A stretch of DNA of 64,000 bases from Tubulanus polymorphus (lineage: Eukaryota; Animalia; Nemertea): contig NC_134032.1 in assembly GCF_964204645.1 (NCBI RefSeq), positions 9,846,275 to 9,910,274 of the forward strand. The letters are read 5' to 3'. The notes beneath the pieces are model-generated. The model was not told where the DNA came from, did no database searches, and saw only the letters and a list, made by a program, of their open reading frames with translations. This document shows, in pieces, positions 24,616-39,400 of this stretch. The position numbers were made by a program, and so were the translations under genes. The first letter of the stretch is position 1. Every line of letters begins with the position of its first letter.

Positions 24616-25808
24616 TGGCGAGGGTCATTATTTAACGTACATTATTTCACCAAGAAATTCAAAGATTAGGAACTTAAGGGATTCACCAGAGAATTGTGAC
24701 CACATTACAACAGCGAGCGTATGCACGAGGCAAATTGAAAATTACCACTTTTATTGCATTGTGATTAATAAACTCAATATTATTATAATCATTTACTGAA
24801 TTGTTTTTCATTTGAGTTTATTTTTCTTCTATCAGTTGACCGGCATCAATGATGACATGATTTTTGTAGGCTTAAGCAAAATTTAACACTTAATGCGGAA
24901 AAAAGTGGCAGGTGGCAGTTTTTCACTTAGTGAATTGCATCAATGCCTAATCATGACTTGTCTGACTTATCACAACTAGTATCCTCGATACCGCCATACT
25001 GTTTGACCAAAATCAAAAATGGGATAATAGTAATTTGGAACAAGAAACGAAATTCTAATATGGACTTTCCTAAATTTACATGATAATGTACCATTTAATC
25101 CAGTATGGAAATTAAAGAAAACAATTTCTTTCAAGGTAAGCATGAAGTTTTTGGCAGAATTTCAGAGGATCGGTGCTCCAAGTAATTAAAAAAGCCTAAT
25201 ATGTCTCCCCTCAATTGAATCAAGGAGTTTTTTGCTATCGACGGGATTCTGTGATAACGGTATGAATGATGATTAATCATGAATACATGGTATTAGTGGG
25301 TTTTCCCCCAATGACTCAAAGAGACCGCTTTCCTCGTGCATGGTGAGAGTTAGTTATCTCGGGGTACATGAAGTGTCCTTACGTAGTTGTGACTAATAAA
25401 CTAATTTCATTGGTAAATGTTTATGCAGTTTCTATGATATGAAGACCTGTGTTGGTTTGAATCTTTAACTGAAGTGCTATCGGTCAGTATAATATATAAA
25501 TCATTCTAGAATTTAAGAAAAAAAAAACAGGCGGCGGCTAATAAATTCGAAGGTAGCTGTTGGGAATCAAGTAATTTATTTCATGGCCTTATTAAAGATC
25601 CTCCGCTATATTGTTCAGCTGACTACTGGCGCGTATTCAACCCGGCAGTGGAACCTTTCATAATGTAAACCCATTCAACAATAGAGACACACAATTGCGG
25701 TTTTTCAGATTTGTTGATATCATTTATACGCGCTATTGAATACGTCACCTGCTGACCACGGTGTACACAAGCATAGGCCATTCACCTCGGCTTACTCACA
25801 CTGTGAAC

Positions 25809-27125
25809 ATGCTACCGTGGATTCTCCTCCTGGCGATCTTCGCTGCGCTCCCGCTCCTGTTCCTGCTTCCTGAGGAACGACGTCTTTATGTTTTATGTGT
25901 TAATGTTTGTCTCCGTACTGTCCTGTACTGTTCCGTGTTTATTAATCCGTTTTATTTTTCAGGGTCTAATTCGTTCTTTTTTTCAGGGCCGATTTTTCTG
26001 TCGAATTTCAACGTTTGCTGGAACAAAACTAATGTCCGAAAGCGTCGGCTCTCCTTCGCCGGTCACGTGTCGAGGATGTCAGACAAAGAGTCGGTCAGGA
26101 AATGGCTGCCCTCTACACGCCCTCACACGGAACACGAAAACCAGGATAATGAGGCCTCACTCTCCCCATGTTTCAACAGAGTGTGCTTGGTGACGTCAAT
26201 GACGGGCAAGTCAGTCGGATTGCATGGGTTAAAAGTGAAGTGGTAAAGCTGGACTGTCTACTAGTATTCATTGATTCCTTTTCAGGAATTGCTTCGGACA
26301 AAGATTTAGTCTTGTCTTCCTTTGCATTCTAGCATTCATTGATTCCTTTTAAGGGATTGCTTCGGGCAGGGATTAATTTCCCTGTCTTCCTTTGCGTGCT
26401 AGGATTCATTGATTCACTGCGGGATCGCTTGCGTGCTAGCATTCATTGATTCCTTTTAAGGGATTGCTTCGGGCAGGGATTAATTTCCCTGTCTTCCTTT
26501 GAGTGTTAGTATTCATTGATTCCCAGTGGGTTGCTTCGGGTGGGATTAAGTCTTGTCTTCCTTTGAGTGCTAGTTCGGGCAATCCAGTTGCGCTGCCCTA
26601 TTTTTTGGCTTGGGCAATTTGATAGGTTTGTCAGTTACTGACGTCACCCGGCACACCCTGTCGGTAAATGGTGAAAGTAAGGCATCGTCATCCTGGTTTT
26701 CGCCTTCTGTGTGAGGGCGTGTAGAGGGCAGTATATTCCTGGCTGGCTCTTTGTCTGGTGTTCTCGGCATGTGACCGGCGACAGAGAGCTGAAAAGCTTT
26801 CGGACATTAATTTTGTTCCGTACCAGGTTTTTATCGCTCTTCTCTTTTTTTTCATTTCAGGACTCCCAAGATGAAGAAGAAGATGCTGAAGGTGACTACA
26901 ACGAAGAGGATGCCGAAAAAAGAACACTGAATTCAGCAATATTGGAAGTAAAGTTGATACACATGTAAATTACGATGCGTGTTATGGAAAGGATTGTGTA
27001 ACTACAGAATATTGTTCTTTTACTCATTTCAGGTTAATCCGGAAAGGCCCATCAAAAATCTGCCCACCAGAAGTGCCCACAAAAGACTCCACCTTGAAGT
27101 ACCACCAAAGACCTGCCGCAACTGA
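25809..27125 (+). CDS. Putative secreted prepropeptide gene or pseudogene (signal peptide, acidic pro-region, KR sites)
   Basis: ATG 25809 gives MLPWILLLAIFAA. Exon 26861-26947 (strong acceptor) gives DSQDEEEDAEGDYNEEDAEKRTLNSAILE. Exon 27033-27125 gives VNPERPIKNLPTRSAHKRLHLEVPPKTCRN*. The exon 1 donor is not clear. Confidence 0.3.
26020..26265 (+). mobile_element. RTE-type LINE 3' fragment
   Basis: VRKRRLSFAGHVSRM and (frameshifted) LYTPSHGTRKPG match the RRLxFAGH...PxHGxRxxG C-terminus of RTE-like ORFs. Confidence 0.6.
26260..26572. repeat. Tandem ~50-70 bp repeat between the inverted LINE fragments
   Basis: About 5 units of ctagcattcattgattcc...gattgcttcgggcagg...tgtcttcctttg. Confidence 0.85.
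26570..26825 (-). mobile_element. RTE-type LINE 3' fragment, inverted relative to 26020-26265
   Basis: Minus-strand translation (LPSTRPHTEGENQD / LYTPSHRRRKPG) is homologous to the plus-strand copy. Confidence 0.6.
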
Positions 27126-27289
27126 ACCTGGCAGTCTTGACCTCATCCTGCATGGCAACAGAAATGCATACATATATAAAGCTAAGTTGATTTTTCATAT
27201 CTGGGGTAGAATGCATAGGCACTGGAGAGGAAAGAGACGCTGGTCAAGCTCACCATCTCCGCACTACTTTATTGAAGCTCTGTGGCCAG

Positions 27290-30150
27290 TAGTAAATTGA
27301 AATATAGCTAGGCAATGGTTGCTTAAATATTTACAATATTAGACGAAATGATTGAGTGAGGTCCCTTGAATATTCTTTGGTCTGATAATTAAAATGTAGA
27401 TTGGACAGTTATAGATTAAAAGATTTTGTAAGTATGTACAATTAAGGTAAATTCAATATCTTATGTGACATTTGAAATTTTTCGAATGTACCGTAGATAT
27501 TTCAGGCCTCATATGACCATTGTTTAACTGACAATCAAGATATAGATAAGACAATTTACTATTTAACCAATCGCTTAGATATAAGCAATCATTCAATATC
27601 TTATAATGTTTGATGAAAAATTCTTCTGGTGTAGATATTTTAGGGCCCCATATACATTAAGGCTGGCTTTACGTGTAAAGATATATATCAATTAAACTTT
27701 ATCATCAGTAAATGGATTTTTTTACAAATAATATATTGATACATATGTCATATGTCATTTATAAACATTCAGGCACTTCACAGTATATATTATATGCTGC
27801 TTTACCCATTGCATTAATGAATTTCTGGGGGAAAGATGTATAGTGTCTAGGGCTGTATCGAGATCTGGTGAAATATGTATGAGGAAAACTATGGACTGCA
27901 GGTCTTTTAGAAACTTTGATTATGGTCTCAGCACTTTGACAAATCTAGAATAAAACAAGGCTTTAATTTGTTCAAATCATTCCCGAAAGCCATACTCTGT
28001 GCCTTGTTTTGCGCTATGATTATTTTTAAACTGACAATTATCATATATAGCTAGGAAAAATTGCTCATTAACCAATGGCTTAGATCCACAATTAATATGG
28101 ATTCAATATTTCTAAGATCAAAAACTCAGTCTCATCGACTGATCAGTATTTCCATCTCCAACTGCCGTGCTTACTTATGGCAACTGGTCATGTTCTTCAC
28201 AATTGCCAAAATTTACCTAAACCTAACTGATTCATCTAAAAGCCATACTGTGTGTCAAGTTCCGCATAATAGATATTGTTTAACTGACTATTAGAATCAA
28301 TGGTCAATTACTCATTAATGTATTATCTCTAGTGAACCTATTGTGTCTTCATACAGCTGTATTAGTTTTGATACATATTGCCAAAATCATTTCACACAGA
28401 TTTACTTCCGATCGAATGGAGATAAAACAAATCTGTACGTGCACAAATACATTCCTGAATTTGGAAGGGAGAATATTTCGATTTCACTGTGTATGTCAGA
28501 TTGAGAGCCTTATTCTGACAGGATATCCTAAACTTAGGTCTTATTCCTCTTGCTAATAGCTCTCTTTTACTAACCCCTCTCCTTCAAACTATTTTCTAGC
28601 ATCATGTCTTGCACCGCACCAGGGAGGTCCGGTCATAACAAGGTCTTTCGGTCCTTATACACAGTGTGCCACTATAAAAGGGAAATAAAGATTATATAGC
28701 AATTCGGCTTTAAGGGAATTTCTAATTTACCACTTAAATGTGCTTATATCTTAATTTCTGATGAATTCATAATAGTGATGAATTCACCACATCTGATATT
28801 CTACTCATGTAGATTTTCAGGCTCCATGTTCAACTGACTATTAAAATGTAGCTAGTATGATTACTAATTAACGGATCGCTTAGATATCTAGTAGATTACG
28901 TAAAATTAATTCAATGTAATGAATATAAGTGAAAAGTATTTAAAAAATAGTGCAGTGGATGAGATGACTGTATCATACCTGGGCGACATGTGTGTGCGTC
29001 ATAACTGGGCGACATGTGTGTGGGATCTGTTGATGAATCAGTTAGGTTTTGGGGAATTCTTTATTCGTCAAATTAGATATCAAAAGCTCTGATGCAAAAT
29101 AAGCATTTTGAAATAGTGATCAATCGAAACCAGATCTGAAATTCTTGTTGTGTAGAAATATTAAGCCCCGTAAAAGATATTGTCAGAGACAATTTTAATT
29201 ATAGCTAGGAAATTAATTGAGTAATTAGGTATCTAAGATGAAGATTAATTCAGCATCTTCATATAAGGTAAAAGAGCTCAAATCTAAACCGTAGGGGTTG
29301 ATAAGAAAACTGGATAATCTAATTGGTTGATATCTAAAGAAAACACGGTGTGTTTAAACTCTGTCTCTTAGACGTTGGATTTATTGAATCTTTTTAGGCT
29401 TTGCAGAATTCTGGATCTGTCAAGGCGTTGGAATGATTCAAGGTTTCTTAAATCTGTAGAACCATGTTGCTTATAGGATCAGTGTGCTCAATGCTGGCAG
29501 CGCACAGTTAGTTATATTATCATAATTACAAGATCATTGTATATATTAGGAGCAATATTTAGATTTACTGGAATGGATTAGAATAACATTCACTGGGCAC
29601 AGATGTCACCACCTATGGGTAGAAAACGTTTCTCTTAAAGTTTATTAATTGACGATGAAGTTAATTTGATAATACGAACATGGTTCAGCTGACAATCGAA
29701 ATGTATATAGGGAAACAGTACAAAAACAATTTGATAAGATTGATTATGCATTACTAAATTTTCTGTAACTCTGGTATTCCTAGAGATGACTAGATGCTTT
29801 AGTTGAATTGTTTTTAAACTATAATAATCAACCGTTGCTTAGATATCTAGAATGTAGATGAATTACGATATGAGATGAATTTCATATAGATATCGTTTAA
29901 TAATTGACTATTATCAAAATCTACTTACCGGTCCACATTGCTGATCTTATATATATATATCAACTATATATATATATATGAATTGACACATTAATTATGA
30001 TCAGTGATATTCAAAAGGATTTTCTGCTCACAAGATTCTGCTCTTTTTTTCAGCTATACTACTAATCAAGTAGTCATAAAATGTACAAAATGATCTTCAA
30101 CCTTGTAATATAGATATTCCAAATCTCGATGTATTAAAATAGGCAGTCAA
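27290..30150 (+). repeat. Old degenerate repeat field (~140-bp ancestral unit)
   Basis: Recurring gtagatattt.aggccc...tgtttaactgacaat...tagctagg...actcattaaccaat.gcttagatat...ttcaatatct at ~27300, 27380, 27520, 28025, 28275, 28825, 29180, 29680 and 29810. Confidence 0.6.
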
Positions 30151-30494
30151 CGTAATTGACCCCAATCCGCTTGCCGGTTCAGACTGGTTGGAAGATTAAT
30201 TGAATGAACCGGAACCGGATTTCCAAATTATGTGCTCAGATTCAAAGAAAAAGTAATTTATGTGAAATCGACCGCCGATCACACAACTATATCTGTACTT
30301 TGATTTCCAATTTTGAAAAAACTTAAACTACAAAAAAAAATTTAAAATTAGACAAAATTACGACCTTGTAAACTTTCGGACTATTTACATGAAAAAAAAG
30401 ACCAAAGAAATGTAAAGATTAGACAAAATTATCTTAAACCTTGTAAACTTTCGGACTATTTACACGAAAAAGATAGCAAAGATATGTAAAATTA

Positions 30495-33400
30495 GACAAC
30501 CAACTTAGGAGACCTCACTGATAATGAACCTGGCTATCACAAAGGTAACTTAATATATTTGGAATTATTGCAATAAATTCTGAATGAAATATTTTGTCAT
30601 TACAGGATATCTATTTTTGATCATTGCAGCTAAATTTCAACTATGAGAAAAAACCCAGCTTGAGAACAACTACTTGCCCAAAATCAACCAACTTGAACAG
30701 CGCACAGATGGGGCCAAGCGTATCGAACTCATTAACGTACAAACTTTAGATTATCCACGCCGATAACGAACCAAGCAATCATAAAAGGTAACTTGATATA
30801 CATGAAATTATTACGATTAATTCTTATTGAAATATTTTGTCATTAAAGCATATCTTCTTTTGATCATTGCAGCTAAATTTCAACTATGAGAAAAAACCCA
30901 GCTTGAGATCAACTACTCGTCCAAAATCTACCAACTGGAACAGTGCACAGATGAGGCCAATAGAATCGAACTCATTAACCCACCAACTTTAGATGATCCA
31001 CACCGATAACGAACCAAGCAATCATAAAAGGTAACTTGATATACATGAAATTATTACGATTAATTCTTATTGAAATATTTTGTCATTAAAGGATATCTTC
31101 TTTTGATCATTGCAGCTAAATTTCAACTATAAGAAAAAACCCAGTTTGAGATCAACTACTCGTCCAAATCGACCAACTGGAACAGCGAACAGATGAGGCC
31201 AACAGAATCTAACTCATTTACCAACTAACTAATAAGATAATTGCCGATAACGAACCCAGCAATCATAAAAGGTAACTTGATATACATGAAATTATTACAA
31301 TTAATTCTTATTGAAATATTTTGTCATTACAGAATATCTTCTTTTAATCATTGCAGCTAAATTTCAACTATGCGAAAAAACCCAGTTTGAGAACAACTAC
31401 TCGTCAAAAATCGACCAACTTGACAGCGCACAGCCAACTAGGATTGAACTCATTAACCAATCAACTAATATGATAATCGCCGATAATGAAACCAGCAATA
31501 ATAAAAGGTATCTTGATATACATGCAATTATAACGATTAATTCTTATTGAAATATTTTGTCATTAAAGCATATCTTCTTTTGATCATTGCAGCTAAATTT
31601 CAACTATAAGAAAAAACCCAGCTTGAGATCAACTACTCGTCCAAAATCGACCAACTGGAACAGCGCACAGATGATGCCAACAGAAACGAACTTATTAACC
31701 CACCAACTTTAGATGATCCACACCGATAAAGAACCAAGTAATCATAAAAGGTAACTTGATATAGATGAAATTATTACGATTAATTCTTCTTGAAATATTT
31801 TCTCATTAAAGGATATCTTCTTTTGATCATTGCAGCTAAATTTCAACTATGAGAAAAAACCCAGTTTGAGAACAACTACTCGTCAAAAATCGACCAACTT
31901 GAACGGCGCACAGCCAACTAGGATCGAACTCATTAACCAATCAACTAATTAGATAATCGCCGATAATGAAACCAGCAATCATAAAAGGTAACTTGATATA
32001 CATGCAATTATTACGATTAATTCTTATTGAAATATTTTGTCATTAAAGCATATCTTCTTTTGATCATTGCAGCTAAATTTCAACTATAAGAAAAAACCCA
32101 GCTTGAGATCAACTACTCGTCCAAAATCGACCAACTGGAACAGCGCACAGATGATGCCAACAGAAACGAACTTTTAACCCACCAACTTTAGATGATCCAC
32201 ACCGATAAAGAACCAAGTAATCATAAAAGGTAACTTGATATACATGAAATTATTACGATTAATTCTTATTGAAATATTTTCTCATTAAAGGATATCTTCT
32301 TTTGATCATTGCAGCTAAATTTCAACTATGAGAAAAAACCCAGTTTGAGAATAACTACTCGTCAAAAATCGACCAACTTGAACGGCGCACAGCCAACTAG
32401 GATCGAACTCATTAACCAATCAACTAATTAGATAATCGCCGATAATGAAACCAGCCATCATAAAAGGTAACTTGATATACATGGAATTATTACGATTAAT
32501 TCTTATTGAAATATTTTGTCATTAAAGCATATCTTCTTTTGATCATTGCAGCTAAATTTCAACTATAAGAAAAAACCCAGCTTGAGATCAACTACTCGTC
32601 CAAAATCGACCAACTTGAACAGCGCACAGATGATGCCAACAGAAACGAACTTATTAACCCACCAACTTTAGATGATCCACACCGATAAAGAACCAAGTAA
32701 TCATAAAAGGTAACTTGATATACATGAAATTATTACGATTAATTCTTATTGAAATATTTTCTCATTAAAGGATATCTTCTTTTGATCATTGCAGCTAAAT
32801 TTCAACTATGAAAAAAACCCAGTTTGAGAATAACTACTCGTCAAAAATCGACCAACTTGAACGGCGCACAGCCAACTAGGATCGAACTCATTAACCAATC
32901 AACTAATTAGATAATCGCCGATAATGAAACCAGCCATCATAAAAGGTAACTTGATATACATGGAATTATTACGATTAATTCTTATTGAAATATTTTGTCA
33001 TTACAAAATGTCTTCTTTTAATCATTGCAGCTAAATTTCAACTATGCGAAAAACCCAGCTCGAGAACAACTACTCACCCAAAATCGACCAACTTGAACAG
33101 CGCACAGATGAGGCCAACAGAATCTAACTCATTTACCAATCAACGAATACGATAATTGCCGATAACGAACCCAGCAATCATAAAAGGTAACTTGATAAAC
33201 ATGAAATTATTACGATTAATTCTTATTGAAATATTTTGTCATTACAGAATATCTTCTTTTAATCATTGCAGCTAAATTTCAACTACGCGAAAAAACCCAG
33301 TTTGAGAACAACTACTCGTCAAAAATCGACCAACTTGAACGGCGCACAGCCAACTAGGATCGAACTCATTAACCAATCAACTAATATGATAATCGCCGAT

Positions 33401-36400
33401 AATGAAACCAGCAATCATTAAAGGTAATTTGATATACATGAAATTATTACGATTAATTATTATTGAAATATTTTCTCATTACAGGATATCTTCTTTTAAT
33501 CATTGCAGCTAAATTTCAACTATATGAAAAAGCCCAGTTTGAGATCAACTACTCGTCCAAATTAAGCAACTGGAACAGCGCACAGATGAGGCCAACAGAA
33601 TCCAACTCATTAACCCACCAACTTTAGATGATCCACACCGATAACGAACCAAGCAATCATAAAAGGTAACTTGATATACATGAAATTATTACGATTAATT
33701 CTTATTGAAATATTTTGTCATTAAAGGATATCTTCTTTTGATCATTGCAGCTAAATTTCAACTATGAGAAAAAACCCAGCTTGAGAACAACTACTCGCCC
33801 AAAATCTACCAACTTGAACAGCGCACAGATGAGGCCAACAGAATCTAACTCATTTACCAACTAACTAATAAGATAATTGCCGATAACGAACCCAGCAATC
33901 ATAAAAGGTAACTTGATATACATGAAATTATTACGATTAATTCTTATTGAAATATTTTGTCATTACAGAATATCTTTTTTTAATCATTGCAGCTAAATTT
34001 CAACTATGCGAAAAAACCCAGTTTGAGAACAACTACTCGTCAAAAATCGACCAACTTGAACGGCGCACAGCCAACTAGGATCGAACTAATTAACCAATCA
34101 ACTAATAAGATAATCGCTGATAATGAAACCAGCAATCATTAAAGGTAACTTGATATACATGAAATTATTACGATTAATTCTTATTGAAATATTTTCTCAT
34201 TGCAGGATATCTTCTTTTAATCATTGCAGCTAAATTTCAACTATAAGAAAAAGCCCAGCTTGAGATCAACTACTCGTCCAAAATCGACCAACTGGAACAG
34301 TGCACAGATAAGGCCAATAGAATCGAACTCATTAACCCACCAACTTTAGATGATCCACACCGATAATGAACCAAGCAATCATAAAAGGTAACTTGATATA
34401 CATGAAATTATTACGATTTATTGTTATTGAAATATTTTGTCATTAAAGGATATCCTCTTTTGATCATTGCAGCTAAATTTCAACTATAAGAAAAAACCCA
34501 GTTTGAGATCAACTACTCGTCCAAATCGACCAACTAGAACAGCGAACAGATGAGGCCAACAGAATCTAACTCATTTACCAACTAACTAATAAGATAATTG
34601 CCGATATCGAACCCAGCAATCATAAAAGGTAACTTGATATACATGAAATTATTACGATTAATTCTTATTGAAATATTTTGTCATTACAGAATATCTTCTT
34701 TTAATCATTGCAGCTTAATTTCAACTATGCGAAAAAACCCAGTTTGAGAACAACTACTCGTCAAAAATCGACCAACTTGAACGGCGCACAGCCAACTAGG
34801 ATTGAACTCATTAACCAATCAACTAATAAGATAATCACCGATAATGAAACCAGCAATCATTAAAGGTAACTTGATATACATGGGATTATTACGATGAATT
34901 CTTATTGAAATATTTTGTTATTAAAGGATATCTTCTTTTGATCATTGCAGCTAAATTTCAACTATGAGAAAAAACCCAGTTTGAGATCAACTACTCATCC
35001 AAAATCGACCAACCGGAACAGCGTACAGATGGGGCCAACAGAATCGAACTCATTAACACACAAACTTTAGATGTTCAACGCCGATAACGAACCAAGCAAT
35101 CATAAAAGGTAACTTGATATACATGAAATTATTACGATTAATTCTTATTGAAATATTTTGTCATTAAAGGATATCTTCTTTTGATCATTGCAGCTAAATT
35201 TCAACTATGAGAAAAAACCCAGCTTGAGAACAACTACTCGCCCAAAATCGACCAACTTGAACAGCGCACAGATGAGGCCAACAGAATCTAACTCATTTAC
35301 CAACTAACTAATAAGATAATTGCCGATAACGAACCCAGCAATCATAAAAGGTAACTTGATATACATGAAATTATTACGATTAATTCTTATTGAAATATTT
35401 TGTCATTACAGAATATCTTCTTTTAATCATTGCAGCTAAATTTCAACTATGCGAAAAAACCCAGTTTGAGAATAACTACTCGTCAAAAATCGACCAACTT
35501 GAACGGCGCACAGCCAACTAGGATCGAACTCATTAACCAATCAACTAATTAGATAATCGCTGATAATGAAACCAGCCATCATAAAAGGTAACTTGATATA
35601 CATGGAATTATTACGATTAATTCTTATTGAAATTTTTTGGCATTAAAGGATATCTTCTTTTGATCATTGCAGCTAAATTTCAACTATGAGAAAAAACCCA
35701 GCTTGAGAACAACTACTCGTCAAAAATCGACCAACTTGAACAGCGCACAGCCAACTAGGATCGAACTCATTAACCAATCAACTAATAAGATAATCGCCGA
35801 TAATGAAACCAGCAATCATAAAAGGTAACTTGATATACATGCAATTATTACGATTAATTCTTATTGAAATATTTTGTCATTAAAGCATATCTTCTTTTGA
35901 TCATTGCAGCTAAATTTCAACTATAAGAAAAAACCCAGCTTGAGATCAACTACTCGTCCAAAATCGACCAACTTGAACAGCGCACAGATGATGCCAACAG
36001 AAACGAACTTATTAACCCACCAACTTTAGATGATCCACACCGATAAAGAACCAAGTAATCATAAAAGGTAACTTGATATACATGAAATTATTACGATTAA
36101 TTCTTATTGAAATATTTTCTCATTAAAGGATATCTTCTTTTGATCATTGCAGCTAAATTTCAACTATGAAAAAAACCCAGTTTGAGAATAACTACTCGTC
36201 AAAAATCGACCAACTTGAACGGCGCACAGCCAACTAGGATCGAACTCATTAACCAATCAACTAATTAGATAATCGCCGATAATGAAACCAGCCATCATAA
36301 AAGGTAACTTGATATACATGGAATTATTACGATTAATTCTTATTGAAATATTTTGTCATTACAAAATGTCTTCTTTTAATCATTGCAGCTAAATTTCAAC

Positions 36401-39400
36401 TATGCGAAAAACCCAGCTCGAGAACAACTACTCACCCAAAATCGACCAACTTGAACAGCGCACAGATGAGGCCAACAGAATCTAACTCATTTACCAATCA
36501 ACGAATACGATAATTGCCGATAACGAACCCAGCAATCATAAAAGGTAACTTGATAAACATGAAATTATTACGATTAATTCTTATTGAAATATTTTGTCAT
36601 TACAGAATATCTTCTTTTAATCATTGCAGCTAAATTTCAACTACGCGAAAAAACCCAGTTTGAGAACAACTACTCGTCAAAAATCGACCAACTTGAACGG
36701 CGCACAGCCAACTAGGATCGAACTCATTAACCAATCAACTAATATGATAATCGCCGATAATGAAACCAGCAATCATTAAAGGTAATTTGATATACATGAA
36801 ATTATTACGATTAATTATTATTGAAATATTTTCTCATTACAGGATATCTTCTTTTAATCATTGCAGCTAAATTTCAACTATAAGAAAAAACCCAGTTTGA
36901 GATCAACTACTCGTCCAAAATCGACCAACTTGAACAGCGCACAGATGAGGCCAACAGAATCGAACTCATTAACCCACCAACTTTAGATGATCCACACCGA
37001 TAACGAACCAAGCAATCATAAAAGGTAACTAGATATACATGAAATTATTACGATTAATTCTTATTGAAATATTTTGTCATTAAAGGATATCTTCTTTTGA
37101 TCATTGCAGCTAAATTTCAACCATATGAAAAAGCCCAGTTTGAGATCAACTACTAGTCCAAATCAAGCAACTGGAACAGCGCACAGATGAGGCCAACAGA
37201 ATCGAACTCATTAACCCACCAACTTTAGATGATCCACACCGATAACGAACCAAGCAATCATAAAAGGTAACTTGATATACATGAAATTATTACGATTAAT
37301 TCTTATTGAAATATTTTGTCATTAAAGGATATCTTCTTTTGATCATTGCAGCTAAATTTCAACTATAAGATAAAAACCCAGTTTGAGATCAACTACTCGT
37401 CCAAATCGACCAACTGGAACAGCGAACAGATGGGGCCAACAGAATCTAACTCATTTACCAACTAACTAATAAGATAATTGCCAATAACGAACCCAGCAAT
37501 CATAAAAGGTAACTTGATATACATGAAATTATTACGATTAATTCTTATTGAAATATTTTGTCATTACAGAATATCTTTTTTTAATCATTGCAGCTAAATT
37601 TCAACTATGCGAAAAAACCCAGTTTGAGAACAACTACTCGTCAAAAATCGACCAACTTGAACGGCGCACAGCCAACTAGGATCGAACTAATTAACCAATC
37701 AACTAATAAGATAATCGCTGATAATGAAACCAGCAATCATTAAAGGTAACTTGATATACATGAAATTATTACGATTTATTGTTATTGAAATATTTTGTCA
37801 TTAAAGGATATCTTCTTTTGATCATTGCAGCTAAATTTCAACTATGAGAAAAAACCCAGTTTGAGATCAATTACTCGTCCAAATCGACCAACTAGAACAG
37901 CGAACAGATGAGGCCAACAGAATCTAACTCATTTACCAACTAACTAATAAGATAATTGCCGATATCGAACCCAGCAATCATAACAGGTAACTTGATATAC
38001 ATGAAATTATTACGATTAATTCTTATTGAAATATTTTGTCATTACAGAATATCTTCTTTTAATCATTGCAGCTAAATTTCAACTATGCGAAAAAACCCAG
38101 TTTGAGAACAACTACTCGTCAAAAATCGACCAACTTGAACGGCGCACAGCCAACTAGGATTGAACTCATTAACCAATCAACTAATATGATAATCGCCGAT
38201 AATGAAACCAGCAATAATAAAAGGTATCTTGATATACATGCAATTATTACGATTAATTCTTATTGAAATATTTTGTCATTAAAGCATATCTTCTTTTGAT
38301 CATTGTAGCTAAATTTCAACTATAAGAAAAAACCCAGCTTGAGATCAACTACTCGTCCAAAATCGACCAACTGGAACAGCGCACAGATGATGCCAATAGA
38401 AACGAACTTATTAACCCACCAACTTTAGATGATCCACACCGATAACGAACCAAGTAATCATAAAAGGTAACTTGATATACATGAAATTATTAAGATTAAT
38501 TCTTCTTGAAATATTTTCTCATTAAAGGATATCTTCTTTGATCATTGCAGCTAAATTTCAACTATGAGAAAAAACCCAGTTTGAGAACAACTACTCGTCA
38601 AAAATCGACCAACTTGAACGGCGCACAGCCAACTAGGATCGAACTCATTAACCAATCAACTAATTAGATAATCGCCGATAATGAAACCAGCCATCATAAA
38701 AGGTAACTTGATATACATGGAATTATTACGATTAATTCTTATTGAAATTTTTTGGCATTAAAGGATATCTTCTTTTGATCATTGCAGCTAAATTTCAACT
38801 ATGAGAAAAAACCCAGCTTGAGAACAACTACTCGTCAAAAATCGACCAACTTGAACAGCACACAGCCAATTAGGATTGAACTCATTAACCAATCAACTAA
38901 TAAGATAATCGCCGATAATGAAACCAGCAATCATAAAAGGTAACTTGATATACATGCAATTATTACGATTAATTCTTATTGAAATATTTTGTCATTAAAG
39001 CATATCTTCTTTTGATCATTGCAGCTAAATTTCGACTATAAGAAAAAACCCAGCTTGAGATCAACTACTCGTCCAAAATCGACCAACTTGAACAGTGCAC
39101 AGATGATGCCAACAGAAACGAACTTATTAACCCACCAACTTTAGATGATCCACACCGATAAAGAACCAAGTAATCATAAAAGGTAACTTGATATACATGA
39201 AATTATTACGATTAATTCTTATTGAAATATTTTGTCATTAAAGGATATCTTCTTTTGATCATTGCAGCTAAATTTCAACTATATGAAAAAGCCCAGTTTG
39301 AGATCAACTACTCGTCCAAATTAAGCAACTGGAACAGCGCACAGATGAGGCCAACAGAATCCAACTCATTAACCCACCAACTTTAGATGATCCACACCGA

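Noticed and set aside
30948-30973. Hammerhead ribozyme (retrozyme) in the monomer, CAGATGAGGCCAATAGAATCGAAC
   Set aside because: It resembles CTGATGAG-stem-CGAAAC, but the core is CAGA not CTGA, stem II does not pair, GAAA is missing, and the 237-bp class lacks the motif. An Infernal search would settle it.
31870-31900. Sm-site-like GATTTTTGA on the minus strand suggesting an SL RNA or snRNA array
   Set aside because: A short motif common in AT-rich DNA; no constant upstream donor or conserved stem-loops seen.
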